A DNA stretch of 64,000 bases from the NCBI GenBank assembly GCA_963782115.1, contig CAWAIK010000001.1, forward strand, positions 576,001 through 640,000, read 5' to 3'. Every line of letters starts with the position of its first letter. Position 1 is the stretch's first letter. The translations under genes and the position numbers were made by a program. This DNA is from an uncultured Verrucomicrobiae bacterium. Lineage in GTDB: Bacteria; Verrucomicrobiota; Verrucomicrobiia; Chthoniobacterales; JAFAMB01. This document shows positions 42,896 through 51,743 of this stretch, in pieces. The notes under the pieces are model-generated. The model did not search any database and had not been told where the DNA came from. It saw nothing but the letters and a program-made list of their open reading frames with translations.

Positions 42896-43630
42896 TCAGT
42901 AGGTGGCTCGTCCGCCTGAGAGATCGAAAGTGAAACCGGTGGTAAAGCTGCAACTCGGAGAAACGATGAACTCGACCATCGCCACCAATTCATCCAGTGT
43001 GCCGCAGCGACCCATCGGGATTTTGTCGGTCATGTATCTGATCTGTTGCTCCGGGAGCGCGTCTACCATCGGCGTCTGAATGACAGCGGGAGCCAACGCG
43101 TTCACCGTCACGCCGGTGCCGGCGACTTCTTTGCCCTGAACTTTGGTCATTCCGATCACCGCAGCCTTTGAGGCAGAATAAGCGATCATTCCGGCGTTGC
43201 CCTCCTTTCCGGCGATCGAGGCGATGTGGAGCAATCGACCGTATCCGCGCCTTACCATTTGTGGCAAGACGGCCTTGGAGGTGTGGTAGGAACCAAAAAA
43301 ATTGATCCGAAATACCCGTTCTACCTCTAAGGGATCCGTCTCATTGCTTTTCAAGTTGGTTTTTCCGGAAATTCCCGCACTATTCACCAGAACGTCGGTA
43401 GGTGGGAACTTCTCGAAGACCTCCGCGACTTCTGCCCAATTTGCCACATCACAGATTACGGGGACAAAGTTCTTTCCAAGAACTCCTGCCAGGTCCTCCA
43501 ATTGAGTCTTATTGATGTCGATGCCTCGCACGCTTGCGTCCAGTTGCGCGAAACGCGTGCAAATAGCGCGACCCAGTCCTGATGCTGCTCCGGTTACGAC
43601 GATATTCTGTGTCTTCCAGTCCTGATGCAT
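42896..43630 (-). CDS. Classical SDR oxidoreductase (sugar-acid dehydrogenase-like)
   Basis: TGAASGLG, NSAGI, YSASK and TGFTFDLSGGRATY. Confidence 0.9.
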   Translation of the reverse strand: MHQDWKTQNIVVTGAASGLGRAICTRFAQLDASVRGIDINKTQLEDLAGVLGKNFVPVICDVANWAEVAEVFEKFPPTDVLVNSAGISGKTNLKSNETDPLEVERVFRINFFGSYHTSKAVLPQMVRRGYGRLLHIASIAGKEGNAGMIAYSASKAAVIGMTKVQGKEVAGTGVTVNALAPAVIQTPMVDALPEQQIRYMTDKIPMGRCGTLDELVAMVEFIVSPSCSFTTGFTFDLSGGRATY

Positions 43631-43778
43631 CAATCTAGGGCATGGTTGTGGCAGTGTAGGTGTTTTGTTGCTATCAAAATGGGCTGTCGGCAAGGCCGCG
43701 AAGAGGGATAGAATGAACAGACGCTCATGGATGATTTGTCAGAGATCAGGCGAACGTCCGTCGCAAAATTCGGTTCAG

Positions 43779-43985
43779 CTAAGCCTGCGGGCCTGTTTTA
43801 GTTGTTTCCGCTAAGAACTGCAAAATTTTCTCTGCCTGTTCGCGCGTAGGTCCTCCCTTGCCCTCCGTCCAACCGGTAAGCGTCTGCGGTGTAACTCCTA
43901 TAGCTTCAGCCACTTTGGGGGTGTGTTGCAGGATGATGTCGCGGTAGTTTCCTAGCGCGGTGAGTTGTTCTTGGGTCGGTTCCAT
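43779..43985 (-). CDS. Small XRE-like HTH protein
   Basis: VAEAIGVTPQTLTGWTEGKGGP HTH pattern. Confidence 0.55.
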   Translation of the reverse strand: MEPTQEQLTALGNYRDIILQHTPKVAEAIGVTPQTLTGWTEGKGGPTREQAEKILQFLAETTKTGPQA

Positions 43986-44232
43986 GCATGAACGATACCA
44001 AAAATCGGAGCCGTGTGCCCAAACATTCCGGTGCGGTGACGATAAATGCTTACGTTGCTACAGGAGACTCGCCCGCACTCGCCGAAGCTTTGTTGTGTAT
44101 AAATCGGGGCTTTGGCCGGGGTATGCTTCGCGAACCGGCTTTGCCAGCCAACGAACAAAATTCCGGGAGCTAGCCTTTTCTACGAAGTCTGGCATACTGA
44201 CAGCGGGCACTTACTAGATCTTCCAGTTACTT

Positions 44233-44712
44233 ATGAAACCTATTCTCCTCGCCCTTGTCGTGGTGACAAGCTTCACGGTAGTTTTATTTCCACGTCGCGC
44301 GGCAGCGGTGCAGGTAACGCTGATTTTACGGAATATCGCGACCGACGATTTCGACGAGTGGAAGATAAAGCCTACGGAAAAATTTACGCGGACAACCGGT
44401 AAAATCGGACGAGAAAGCGGGGAGTTTGAGCAGACGTGGGATATAGGTAAAGCCGGAGGTGAGATACGATTTTGGTGGGCTCGCCTGACCGGGGAAGCTG
44501 ACGCTACGGTTCTGGTAGACAACATTGTTGTGTTCCAAGGCCATTGCATGCACGCCGGCGGCGGCAGTGTGCCGATGATCGATACGTGCCGTTACCCGCT
44601 CGTTTATAAAACCGACGGTGGTGGTCCTTACCTGCTGGACAAGCAAGGGTGGAACGCCACGCATCTTCTTTTTGCGACGTCGATGTTACTCGACCGCTTT
44701 GGCGGTCGCTGA
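44233..44712 (+). CDS. Secreted hypothetical protein
   Basis: Signal peptide MKPILLALVVV...AAA; no family recognised. Confidence 0.55.
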   Translation: MKPILLALVVVTSFTVVLFPRRAAAVQVTLILRNIATDDFDEWKIKPTEKFTRTTGKIGRESGEFEQTWDIGKAGGEIRFWWARLTGEADATVLVDNIVVFQGHCMHAGGGSVPMIDTCRYPLVYKTDGGGPYLLDKQGWNATHLLFATSMLLDRFGGR

Positions 44713-44912
44713 ATTTTTTATTCACGAGTCTCGTGCGCGCCTCTCTGTTGCGGGAACGTATTATATAATCACCTGGGAGTATTTCTACTTTCAACTGTTT
44801 CAGCCTCGGGCGCAGAGAGTCCAGATTGCCATTCTGGTCGGCGGTCCAACTGCCTTCATTTTTTTTTGCACAAAATCTCACGAGCGCCTTCGCTTTTCAG
44901 AATATCGGGGTC

Positions 44913-45569
44913 TCAAAGCGTTTGCGTCCCGACAAATTCCGCGCTGTACGTGTCGAACTTTGCAACTGTCCCGTTTGGAGGCGGATTGCCGATTACGTAA
45001 CAGCCGGAACCGACGAATTGTTTGGACTGTGTATCAAATACCATGACGCAGCGAAGTTGGTTCGGCGGAACCCAGCGGGACGACATTTGTCCCCCTCCGG
45101 CGGCGGCTGCTGATTTCGCGTCCGCCTGCTTTTTTGCGTAATCCTCGAGCTGCCTTTTGGCCGGCCTCAGCGTTTCAATCGCGATATAACGGTGAGTGGC
45201 AGCGCGTCGCCGGCCTTTCCGAATGGCGACGAGGTAATCCTTCACTCTCTTGTTTGCGGTGGTCACTTGTGCCGGGGTTGGAGCGTAGGAGTAGTTAGAA
45301 TCGTAATCTCCGGCATAACCGGGATACCAGCTTCCCCAGAATGGGTCCCAAAAAGGCCCCTCATGGTGCGAGGGCGGTCCCGGATTATGTGGGCCGGACA
45401 TATTGCCGCCACCATGTGCCAGAGAGAGCGGGGAAAATGCGAGATAGCCAACTACTGCCGTACAGAAGGCCAATCGCGCTCTGGTGCCTGAGTGAGAGCG
45501 AAAAGGCAGGAATGAGATAAGGCTCAGGTCGTCGCGGCGCCTGAAAAGGAAGGATTTCGATGTTTTCAT
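44913..45569 (-). CDS. Secreted hypothetical protein
   Basis: Signal-like N-terminus, Pro/Tyr-rich linker and C-terminal VMVFDTQSKQFVG...AKFDTYSAEFVG domain. Confidence 0.6.
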   Translation of the reverse strand: MKTSKSFLFRRRDDLSLISFLPFRSHSGTRARLAFCTAVVGYLAFSPLSLAHGGGNMSGPHNPGPPSHHEGPFWDPFWGSWYPGYAGDYDSNYSYAPTPAQVTTANKRVKDYLVAIRKGRRRAATHRYIAIETLRPAKRQLEDYAKKQADAKSAAAAGGGQMSSRWVPPNQLRCVMVFDTQSKQFVGSGCYVIGNPPPNGTVAKFDTYSAEFVGTQTL

Positions 45570-45693
45570 AGAATCGTCTGGACGAACGTGGTAGATCACA
45601 AAACTGAGCCGAGGATCCCTCGGCAACCATCTACGAACTTACCCATCGAATCTACGGGTTTTCTTTAGGAAATCAGATTAGAATCTTTGCCCG

Positions 45694-46197
45694 ATGAACC
45701 TAAGCCAAGATCTTGAGGTGATTGCCAAGCAGGAGCGGGAACTGGTGTTTCCTGAATTCGACGAAGAGCTTGCATGGAAGCTCGGGTCGCGATTGCGTGA
45801 AATTGCGTCAGCTCAGTCGTTCCCGGTGGTGATCGAGATAAAGCGGTTTGGCCAACCACTTTTCTACAGCGCCTTGAATGGCAGCACTCCGGACAACGCA
45901 GAATGGGTCAGGCGCAAAGGAAACACGGTGGCGCGTTTTCATCGCAGCTCCTACGCGATTGGCCTGGAGCTGAAAGAGTTGAATTCGTCCTTGACCGAGA
46001 GGTACGAGCTTTCTTCAGCGGATTACGCCTCGCATGGTGGATCCCTTCCCTTGAAGGTGGCCGGGGCCGGAGTGATCGGTTCCGTGACCGTGTCCGGGTT
46101 GCCGCAGCGGGCAGACCACGAACTGGTCGTGGAAGCTCTTTGCGGCCAGCTTGGACGAAATTATTTGGAATTTGCGCTACCAACCCAGGCAGGCTAG
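45694..46197 (+). CDS. Heme-degrading domain protein (GlcG/HbpS, UPF0303)
   Basis: FDEELAWKLG, TPDNAEWVRRKGNTV, HGGSLP and VSGLPQRADHELVVEAL. Confidence 0.9.
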   Translation: MNLSQDLEVIAKQERELVFPEFDEELAWKLGSRLREIASAQSFPVVIEIKRFGQPLFYSALNGSTPDNAEWVRRKGNTVARFHRSSYAIGLELKELNSSLTERYELSSADYASHGGSLPLKVAGAGVIGSVTVSGLPQRADHELVVEALCGQLGRNYLEFALPTQAG

Positions 46198-46229
46198 CCG
46201 CGACGTTCGCGCTCGTGTGCCAGAGACTG

Positions 46230-46445
46230 CTACTTCATTCGGCTGGCATAATATTCCGGCACAACCGTACCCGGTTTTGTAAACCATTTTGGAACGTCGA
46301 CGCCGGAATAGAGAACGATATTCCCCCAAGGATCGAACGCCCCAGTCCGCACAATGAATTTCGCTTTGGCGGCGAGTTCGGTGAGGATTTCGGCGTGCGG
46401 AAAGGTCACCAGCTCCGCGCCGGCGAAGATCCGGTCAGCCGTAGC
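46230..46445 (-). pseudogene. RbsD/FucU pyranase C-terminal fragment
   Basis: HAEIL...AKFIVRTGAFDPWGNIVLYSGV. Confidence 0.7.
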
Positions 46446-46845
46446 AGAAATTCTGGCGCTGCTCTGTGAAAACCGGCAGGCGGAGCCATTGGATTCGTTC
46501 GGCGTTTTCCCCGAAGACTCGGCGGATGTGCGCGAGGCGCTCACCAGCATGGCGCTCTATCCTGATCGTCCGTGGCGAGTGGCCACTCTGGCCCGCCTTT
46601 GCCGGCTAAGCGAACCGCATTTCTATCGGAAATTTAAACAGGCAACCGGTTCAACTCCGATTGACTGGTTGCGACGGGAACGAATTAACCACGCACGCAG
46701 GCGCCTCCTCGAGAGCGGCGACCCCATCAAACAAATTTCCGAGCAGGTCGGATACAGCGACCCGTTTTTTTTTAGCAGGGATTTCAAACGGTACACAGGT
46801 GTGGCGCCGAAAAAATATCGGAACCAGCACATCCGCGAGATTTGA
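46440..46845 (+). pseudogene. AraC family regulator C-terminal fragment
   Basis: LARLCRLSEPHFYRKFK...VGYSDPFFFSRDFKRYTGVAP; no N-terminus. Confidence 0.8.
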
Positions 46846-46894
46846 GTTCTGCACTGCCCGGATCTTACGAGCGTTGCCTCGCGACAGGACCAGG

Positions 46895-47131
46895 CTAGCC
46901 CGTTTGATTCTGGATCTCTGCGAAAGTAACAGACGCAACATCGACGCCGGTGGTCTGCTCCGGACTTAAAATCTCGATCCAGCCCGGAGCGATCTCGACG
47001 ACCAATCGACTATACGGGCTAACCCACGCCTGCTCGCGGCTGACCACATGGATCGAATTGCCACCGGTGCGGTGGATCGTGAACGGGTGCCAGTCTTTAG
47101 CCTTTAATAGGTCCCTAATTCGATCAATCAT
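46895..47131 (-). CDS. Small hypothetical protein
   Basis: IRDLL..KDWHPFTIHRTGG..I.V...E pattern that I associate with small PVC-lineage proteins. Confidence 0.5.
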   Translation of the reverse strand: MIDRIRDLLKAKDWHPFTIHRTGGNSIHVVSREQAWVSPYSRLVVEIAPGWIEILSPEQTTGVDVASVTFAEIQNQTG

Positions 47132-47432
47132 GAGCTATGGCTAATCCCAAAACCGATCGGATACAAGCCCTGCGTGCGACACCCGCTCATCAAAATGAAA
47201 GCCTGTGTCGCGATGTTGGTCGAGAGGGGTCACTGGTTGCTGCTATCGCGTCACGGAGAACGTTGCAGTAGCTCCGCATCGCTCCGAACGCTCGATTGAG
47301 TGCTGTTGCGCGGTTTGAGAGTCAGACGCCCAGACGAATCTTAGTCAGCCGAACGTTCGGACTCGCAGATTGCGAAAAACCCAGAGCGTGGCTTGGCCGA
47401 GTGTCTTTAAGGCGGTAGGGCCGCTTTTGCGC

Positions 47433-47474
47433 TGGAGATTATATGGGGGACAGTGGAGATTATATGGGGGACAG
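47433..47474 (+). repeat. Perfect 21-bp tandem duplication containing a REP core
   Basis: tggagattatatgggggacag twice. Confidence 0.9.
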
Positions 47475-47649
47475 GTCAGATAACAGAAAGTGCACGAGGC
47501 GCAACCTGCCGCGGGAGCTTTCCGTAGGCGAACCGTCTCCTCTTTGCTCCTCGCAACCTCGCAAGCCCATAACTCCCTCTCCGGATCACATTAACGTGAT
47601 CCCGCCGATGACGTTCCCCAACTCCGAGTCTACGTTCAGATAGATATAT

Positions 47650-47781
47650 ATGAGAATATTCCTAATTTGTTTGGCGGCAGCTTTGCTCGGCGGATGCGTC
47701 GGCTCTGATGAAGTTTACGTTGGCCCGCGTCTGGATTTTAGGCCCAGCGATCGACCCAATTATGAATTTCCACCGGGCTAA
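47650..47781 (+). CDS. Putative 43-aa lipoprotein (not in ORF track)
   Basis: MRIFLICLAAALLGGCVGSDEVYVGPRLDFRPSDRPNYEFPPG*; signal peptide with LGGC lipobox. Confidence 0.5.
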   Translation: MRIFLICLAAALLGGCVGSDEVYVGPRLDFRPSDRPNYEFPPG

Positions 47782-48064
47782 CGGGTCAGAAGTCAAGCTA
47801 TTCGCGTCACCGAGAGTCAGAGCCCGTTAAACGTCGCGTTCCACTCAAGTCAGTGTTTTGAGCAGCAAGGGCGCCTTCTGGGCCCGGGAGGTGGTAAACT
47901 GAATCGGCGCCAACTTGCCCTCAACGAACGGCAAAATCTATTGGGAACACTGAAAATCGCCATCCGAGTTGCCAAAGATCCAAACAGAGGACGGATCAAA
48001 TATTGAGGTGATAACCAATTTTATACTACACTTTTATTTCATGTTGTGTACTGTGGCTCCTGTC

Positions 48065-49068
48065 ATGCGTTTCCCACGAGTCAAAGCCGAGGGTCAGGGT
48101 TTTTACCACTGCCTCTCTCGAACCGTTGAGGGCCGCTTTATCTTCGGCTCTGCTGCCGGGCCTTGTTTTGAGGCCGAGCAATTTCTCACCTTGATGCGCC
48201 GTCTGGAGGCTTTCAGTGGGGTTCGGGTCCGGACCTACGTTCTGATGGCTACCCATTTCCATCTGCTTTGTGAAGTGCCTGAACCCAGGCCTTTGTCGCA
48301 AAGCGAAGTGCTTGAACGCATCCACGCCGGCTACGGCCCGGAACGTGTGCAGGTCCTCGAGCAGCAATTAGCGCGCTTTGCTGAGCAGCCCGATGGAATG
48401 GCTCAGAGCAATCGCCTGCTGAAACCTTATCGCAAGCGGATGAATGACCTCTCGATCTTTATCAAAGAGCTCAAAGGCCGTTTTGCCCAGTGGTACAACC
48501 GCCGGCACGGCCGATACGGCACTCTGTGGGCCGAGCGTTTCAAAAGTCTTCTGTTGGAGGGGGCCGGGCCGTAGCGACGGTGGCCGCCTACATTGATCTT
48601 AATCCGGTTCGAGCAGCTCTGTGTTCGGACCCTAAGGAGTATCGTTACTGCGGTTACGCTGAGGCACTGGCCAAGGGGTCCGCTTTAGCCCTTGAAGGAA
48701 TCAGGGTCATCCTTGATCTGCCGCAGACCACGTGTTGCAAGGAACTGAGCAGAGAATATCGCAAGCACCTGTTTTTGAGAGGCGCTGCTGCAACCGAGAA
48801 CAACCCGCCAGCCTTCGATTTGGCCAAAGCCCAGGAAGTCGTCGAACAGGAGAACGGCGAACTTTCGCCCCAAGAACGGCTGCGCTGCAGAATTCGCTAC
48901 TTTAGCGACGGAGTCATCCTGGGGAGCCGCTCCTTTGTGGAATCTCATAGCCAGCGGCTAAAGCAAAAGACCGGCTACAAGCGCAAAAGCGGCCCTACCG
49001 CCTTAAAGGCCATCGGCCAAGCCACGCTCTGGGTCTTTCGCAATCTGCGAGTCCGGAGGTTCGGCTAA
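48065..49068 (+). CDS. REP-associated tyrosine transposase (HUH/Y1), one frameshift
   Basis: FYHCLSR, YVLMATHFHLL (HUH), WYNRRHGRYGTLWAERFKS and YIDLNPVRA; frameshift in G-run near 48560. Confidence 0.88.
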
Positions 49069-49332
49069 CTAAGATTGGTCTTGGGCCGCCTGACTCTCAC
49101 CGGGCAACGGCACGCCACCGAGGGGTTGGAATGGTGCCGTACTGCCCCGTCACAGCTGCTGCCCAAAGTAGATATCGGTCCGCTGAGGATTAGCGTTTCC
49201 GTGCCGGTCTGGCTCAGCGTACCAGCCTGAGAGGCTGCCGGTGCGCCGGGAGTCGAAAAAACAAACGAACCGGGGTGCTTCGCCTACCGAAGGGTTCTCC
49301 GCGGTAGGTTGCGCTCGGCACTTGCTGCTATC

Positions 49333-50420
49333 TGACCTGTCCTCTCGGCGACGCTGCACCTTTTTTTTAGCGCTCGAGATCGGACCTGTCCCCATTGCTC
49401 CACGCCGACCATGAAATGGTGTTGGTCTGCGAACCCGGCCATCAACAGAGATGCGCTGGCAGCGGTTTCGGCAAGCGACGTAAAATCGACGTGAGCCGTG
49501 ATGTTATCTCTCCCGGTCGCTCGAGCGGGTTGTAAAGCCAGACCGGGACGGAAACACTGATCCTCACGGGCTTGCGAGCAGGCTTTATCTTCAGAACCCG
49601 CTGATGATGCTCCGGCCGATCGGTGATTAGGGCGCTTAGCCAAATTGATTCTCTTTGATCAGCAACGCGACGCTCCTTTTTGGAACGCGCGACATCCCAC
49701 CTGTCCCCATTTCGACCTCGTGCAATACCTGACCTGTCCCTTTGCTCCAGCCTCCTGACCTGTCCCTTTGCTCCAGCCTTTGATCCATCTCAGCCATACG
49801 CGAGATCTGACCTGTCCCCCTTGCTCCACTTTGTTGCTTGGCTTTGTAACGCGTCAATATCCGACCTGTCCCCATTGATCCACCATTTCTCATATTTATC
49901 TGAACGTAGACTCGGAGCTGGGGAACGTCATCGCGGGATCACGCTTAATGCGAGCCGGAGAAGGCGGTATGGGCTTGCGGATAGACTTTATCCAAGCTGG
50001 CGCGCAGAACCCGGTGATGACGCTGCGGCGATCAGCGATGAGGGCGTTCGGTTAACAAGTCTTCTTCGATCAGCAACGCGGCACTCTCTTCGGAGCGCGT
50101 GAGGTCTGACCTGTCCCCATCGCTCCTCCGACAGTCAGACAAGCGGCGGAAAAACGCACCGCGTTCAATATTTGACCTGTCCCTTGTTGCTTGGGTTTGT
50201 AACGCGTCAATATCCGACCTGTCCCCATTAATCCATCTCCTGTCCCCATCAATCCATCTCAGCCATACGCGAGATCCGACCTGTCCCCTTTGCTCCATTG
50301 TCCCCTTTGCTCCATTCTTGATCCGTTTTCTCCCTTGCTCTGTTTCTGTCCCCTTTGCTCCATTGCTCCACTACTCCAGTTCCCCATTTCTCCAGTCCGA
50401 CTTGTCCCCCTTGCTCCAGC
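49333..50420 (+). repeat. REP-like array, about 14 copies of a (GA)CCTGTCCC(C) core, often followed by TTGCTCCA
   Basis: Cores near 49334, 49383, 49700, 49731, 49757, 49809, 49863, 50108, 50174, 50216, 50239, 50278, 50346 and 50399. Confidence 0.88.
49403..49535 (-). pseudogene. Diverged partial copy of the adjacent methyltransferase (50652-50785)
   Basis: Direct alignment; ITAHVDFTSLAETAASASL.AG.ADQHHFMVG retained. Confidence 0.9.
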
Positions 50421-50439
50421 ACTGACCCTGAGAACTGCG

Positions 50440-51600
50440 CTAGAGCGATCTCCAAGGGGTCGGCGAGTATTTGAAGCCGCTCAATTGCGGGTGGCCGTTG
50501 AGCCCTTTGGTGAGCAGCAAGAACTTAAATGCCATGCCCATTGTCCCCGGATGCATCAGCGTTCGATATGGCCCCAGAAACGCCGCGTGTGCCGGTGTCA
50601 ATCCTTCGGTCTCGACCGCCTTCTCAAGCGCCAGGAGCCTGGACTCGGCTGCGCCGACCATGAAATGGTGCTGGTCTGCGTACCCGGCCACCTTGAGAGA
50701 TGCGCTGGCAGCAGTTTCGGCAAGCGATGTAAAATCGACGTGTGCCGTGATGTCTATCTCTCCCGGCCGCTCGAGCGGGTTGTAAGACCGCCGATGCCGC
50801 GAATAACACGTTAATGTTCCTTCAGTGCGTTCCGGCTTATAGTATTCGCCGCGGGAGAATCCGTAATCGACAATTAGCATAAACCCGCGTTCGAGCCTGG
50901 CGCTGACCGCCTGAATCCAGCGCGTGGCCGCCAGATTCACTTCCGTTCTGTACGGTGAGAGGACGGGCAGCGGCAATTTATCAAGGGCTTGGAGCAGTTC
51001 AGGCGCCTCGATCTTCGCTCCTACAAAGCCGAAATCCTCCCCGGAAATATCCACTAGCAGTTCCGACCATTCATCGTCTCGATAAACGACAAGGTGGACA
51101 GGCATTGCGTCAACCAGTTCATTCGAAATGAACGCTCCTGTGACGGCCTCGAGGTCGGCCAACCCGGTCAGCCATGTCATTTTTTCGAGAAAAGCAGGCT
51201 CCAACTTTGCCCGTTGTTGCAGCTGTTTTCCGGGTATCGGCTCGAGGATGGTGTAACGAATGCATTCGGCGGCTTCGATGGATTCTTCCGTTATCGCGGA
51301 AAGGATATCCATCGCCAACTGGCCATCCTCGGCGCCTTCTTCAACGATCGTGAAACGAGATGGACTCCCGAGGATTTTCCACATTTCAATGAGCTGAGAA
51401 GCCAATAACTGTCCGTAGAGACGGCCGACACTGACATTGGTGTAGTAATCTCCTTGTCTGCCGATCCGGAGGCGCGTCGAGGTGTAATATCCGTATTCAG
51501 GGTGGTAAAGCGCCTGCTCCATGAACCAGGGAAACGGGGCCGGACCGTGGCGCAGAAGGTGGTCCCGGATTAAGGCGACGAGCGGCAAGGATCCTGGCAT
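50440..51600 (-). CDS. SAM-dependent methyltransferase, MidA/NDUFAF7 family
   Basis: FMEQALYHPEYGYY, GDYYT, SNELVDAMP, DYG and DITAHVDFT. Confidence 0.9.
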   Translation of the reverse strand: MPGSLPLVALIRDHLLRHGPAPFPWFMEQALYHPEYGYYTSTRLRIGRQGDYYTNVSVGRLYGQLLASQLIEMWKILGSPSRFTIVEEGAEDGQLAMDILSAITEESIEAAECIRYTILEPIPGKQLQQRAKLEPAFLEKMTWLTGLADLEAVTGAFISNELVDAMPVHLVVYRDDEWSELLVDISGEDFGFVGAKIEAPELLQALDKLPLPVLSPYRTEVNLAATRWIQAVSARLERGFMLIVDYGFSRGEYYKPERTEGTLTCYSRHRRSYNPLERPGEIDITAHVDFTSLAETAASASLKVAGYADQHHFMVGAAESRLLALEKAVETEGLTPAHAAFLGPYRTLMHPGTMGMAFKFLLLTKGLNGHPQLSGFKYSPTPWRSL

Positions 51601-51743
51601 CGGAGCAGCGGAATGTTCGACAATGGAAAATTCGAGTGGATAGTCAACCTGAAATCCCTGGATAGCGGGACGGTGCACCTAAACTTTCCATTTGATCCGG
51701 GCGGCAGCCCGTGAAAGGGGTTTTGGACCGAGCAGTGTACTAT

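Larger units (their letters stand above)
47469..49342 (+). mobile_element. RAYT element bounded by ~64-bp imperfect terminal inverted repeats
   Basis: 47469-47532 ggacaggtcagataacagaaagtgcacgaggcgcaacctgccgcgggagctttccgtaggcgaa vs reverse complement of 49279-49342 ggacaggtcagatagcagcaagtgccgagcgcaacctaccgcggagaacccttcggtaggcgaa. Confidence 0.75.

Noticed and set aside
48555..48575. Programmed frameshift in the RAYT
   Set aside because: It lies in a G homopolymer in a sequence with many indels, and I see no canonical slippery heptamer; error or mutation is more likely.
49333..50420. CRISPR array
   Set aside because: The core is only ~10 bp, spacing is irregular, intervening sequences are themselves repeated, and no cas genes are present.
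49403..50785. DGR template/variable repeat pair
   Set aside because: Mismatches are not adenine-specific on either strand, are mostly synonymous, and no reverse transcriptase is in the window.
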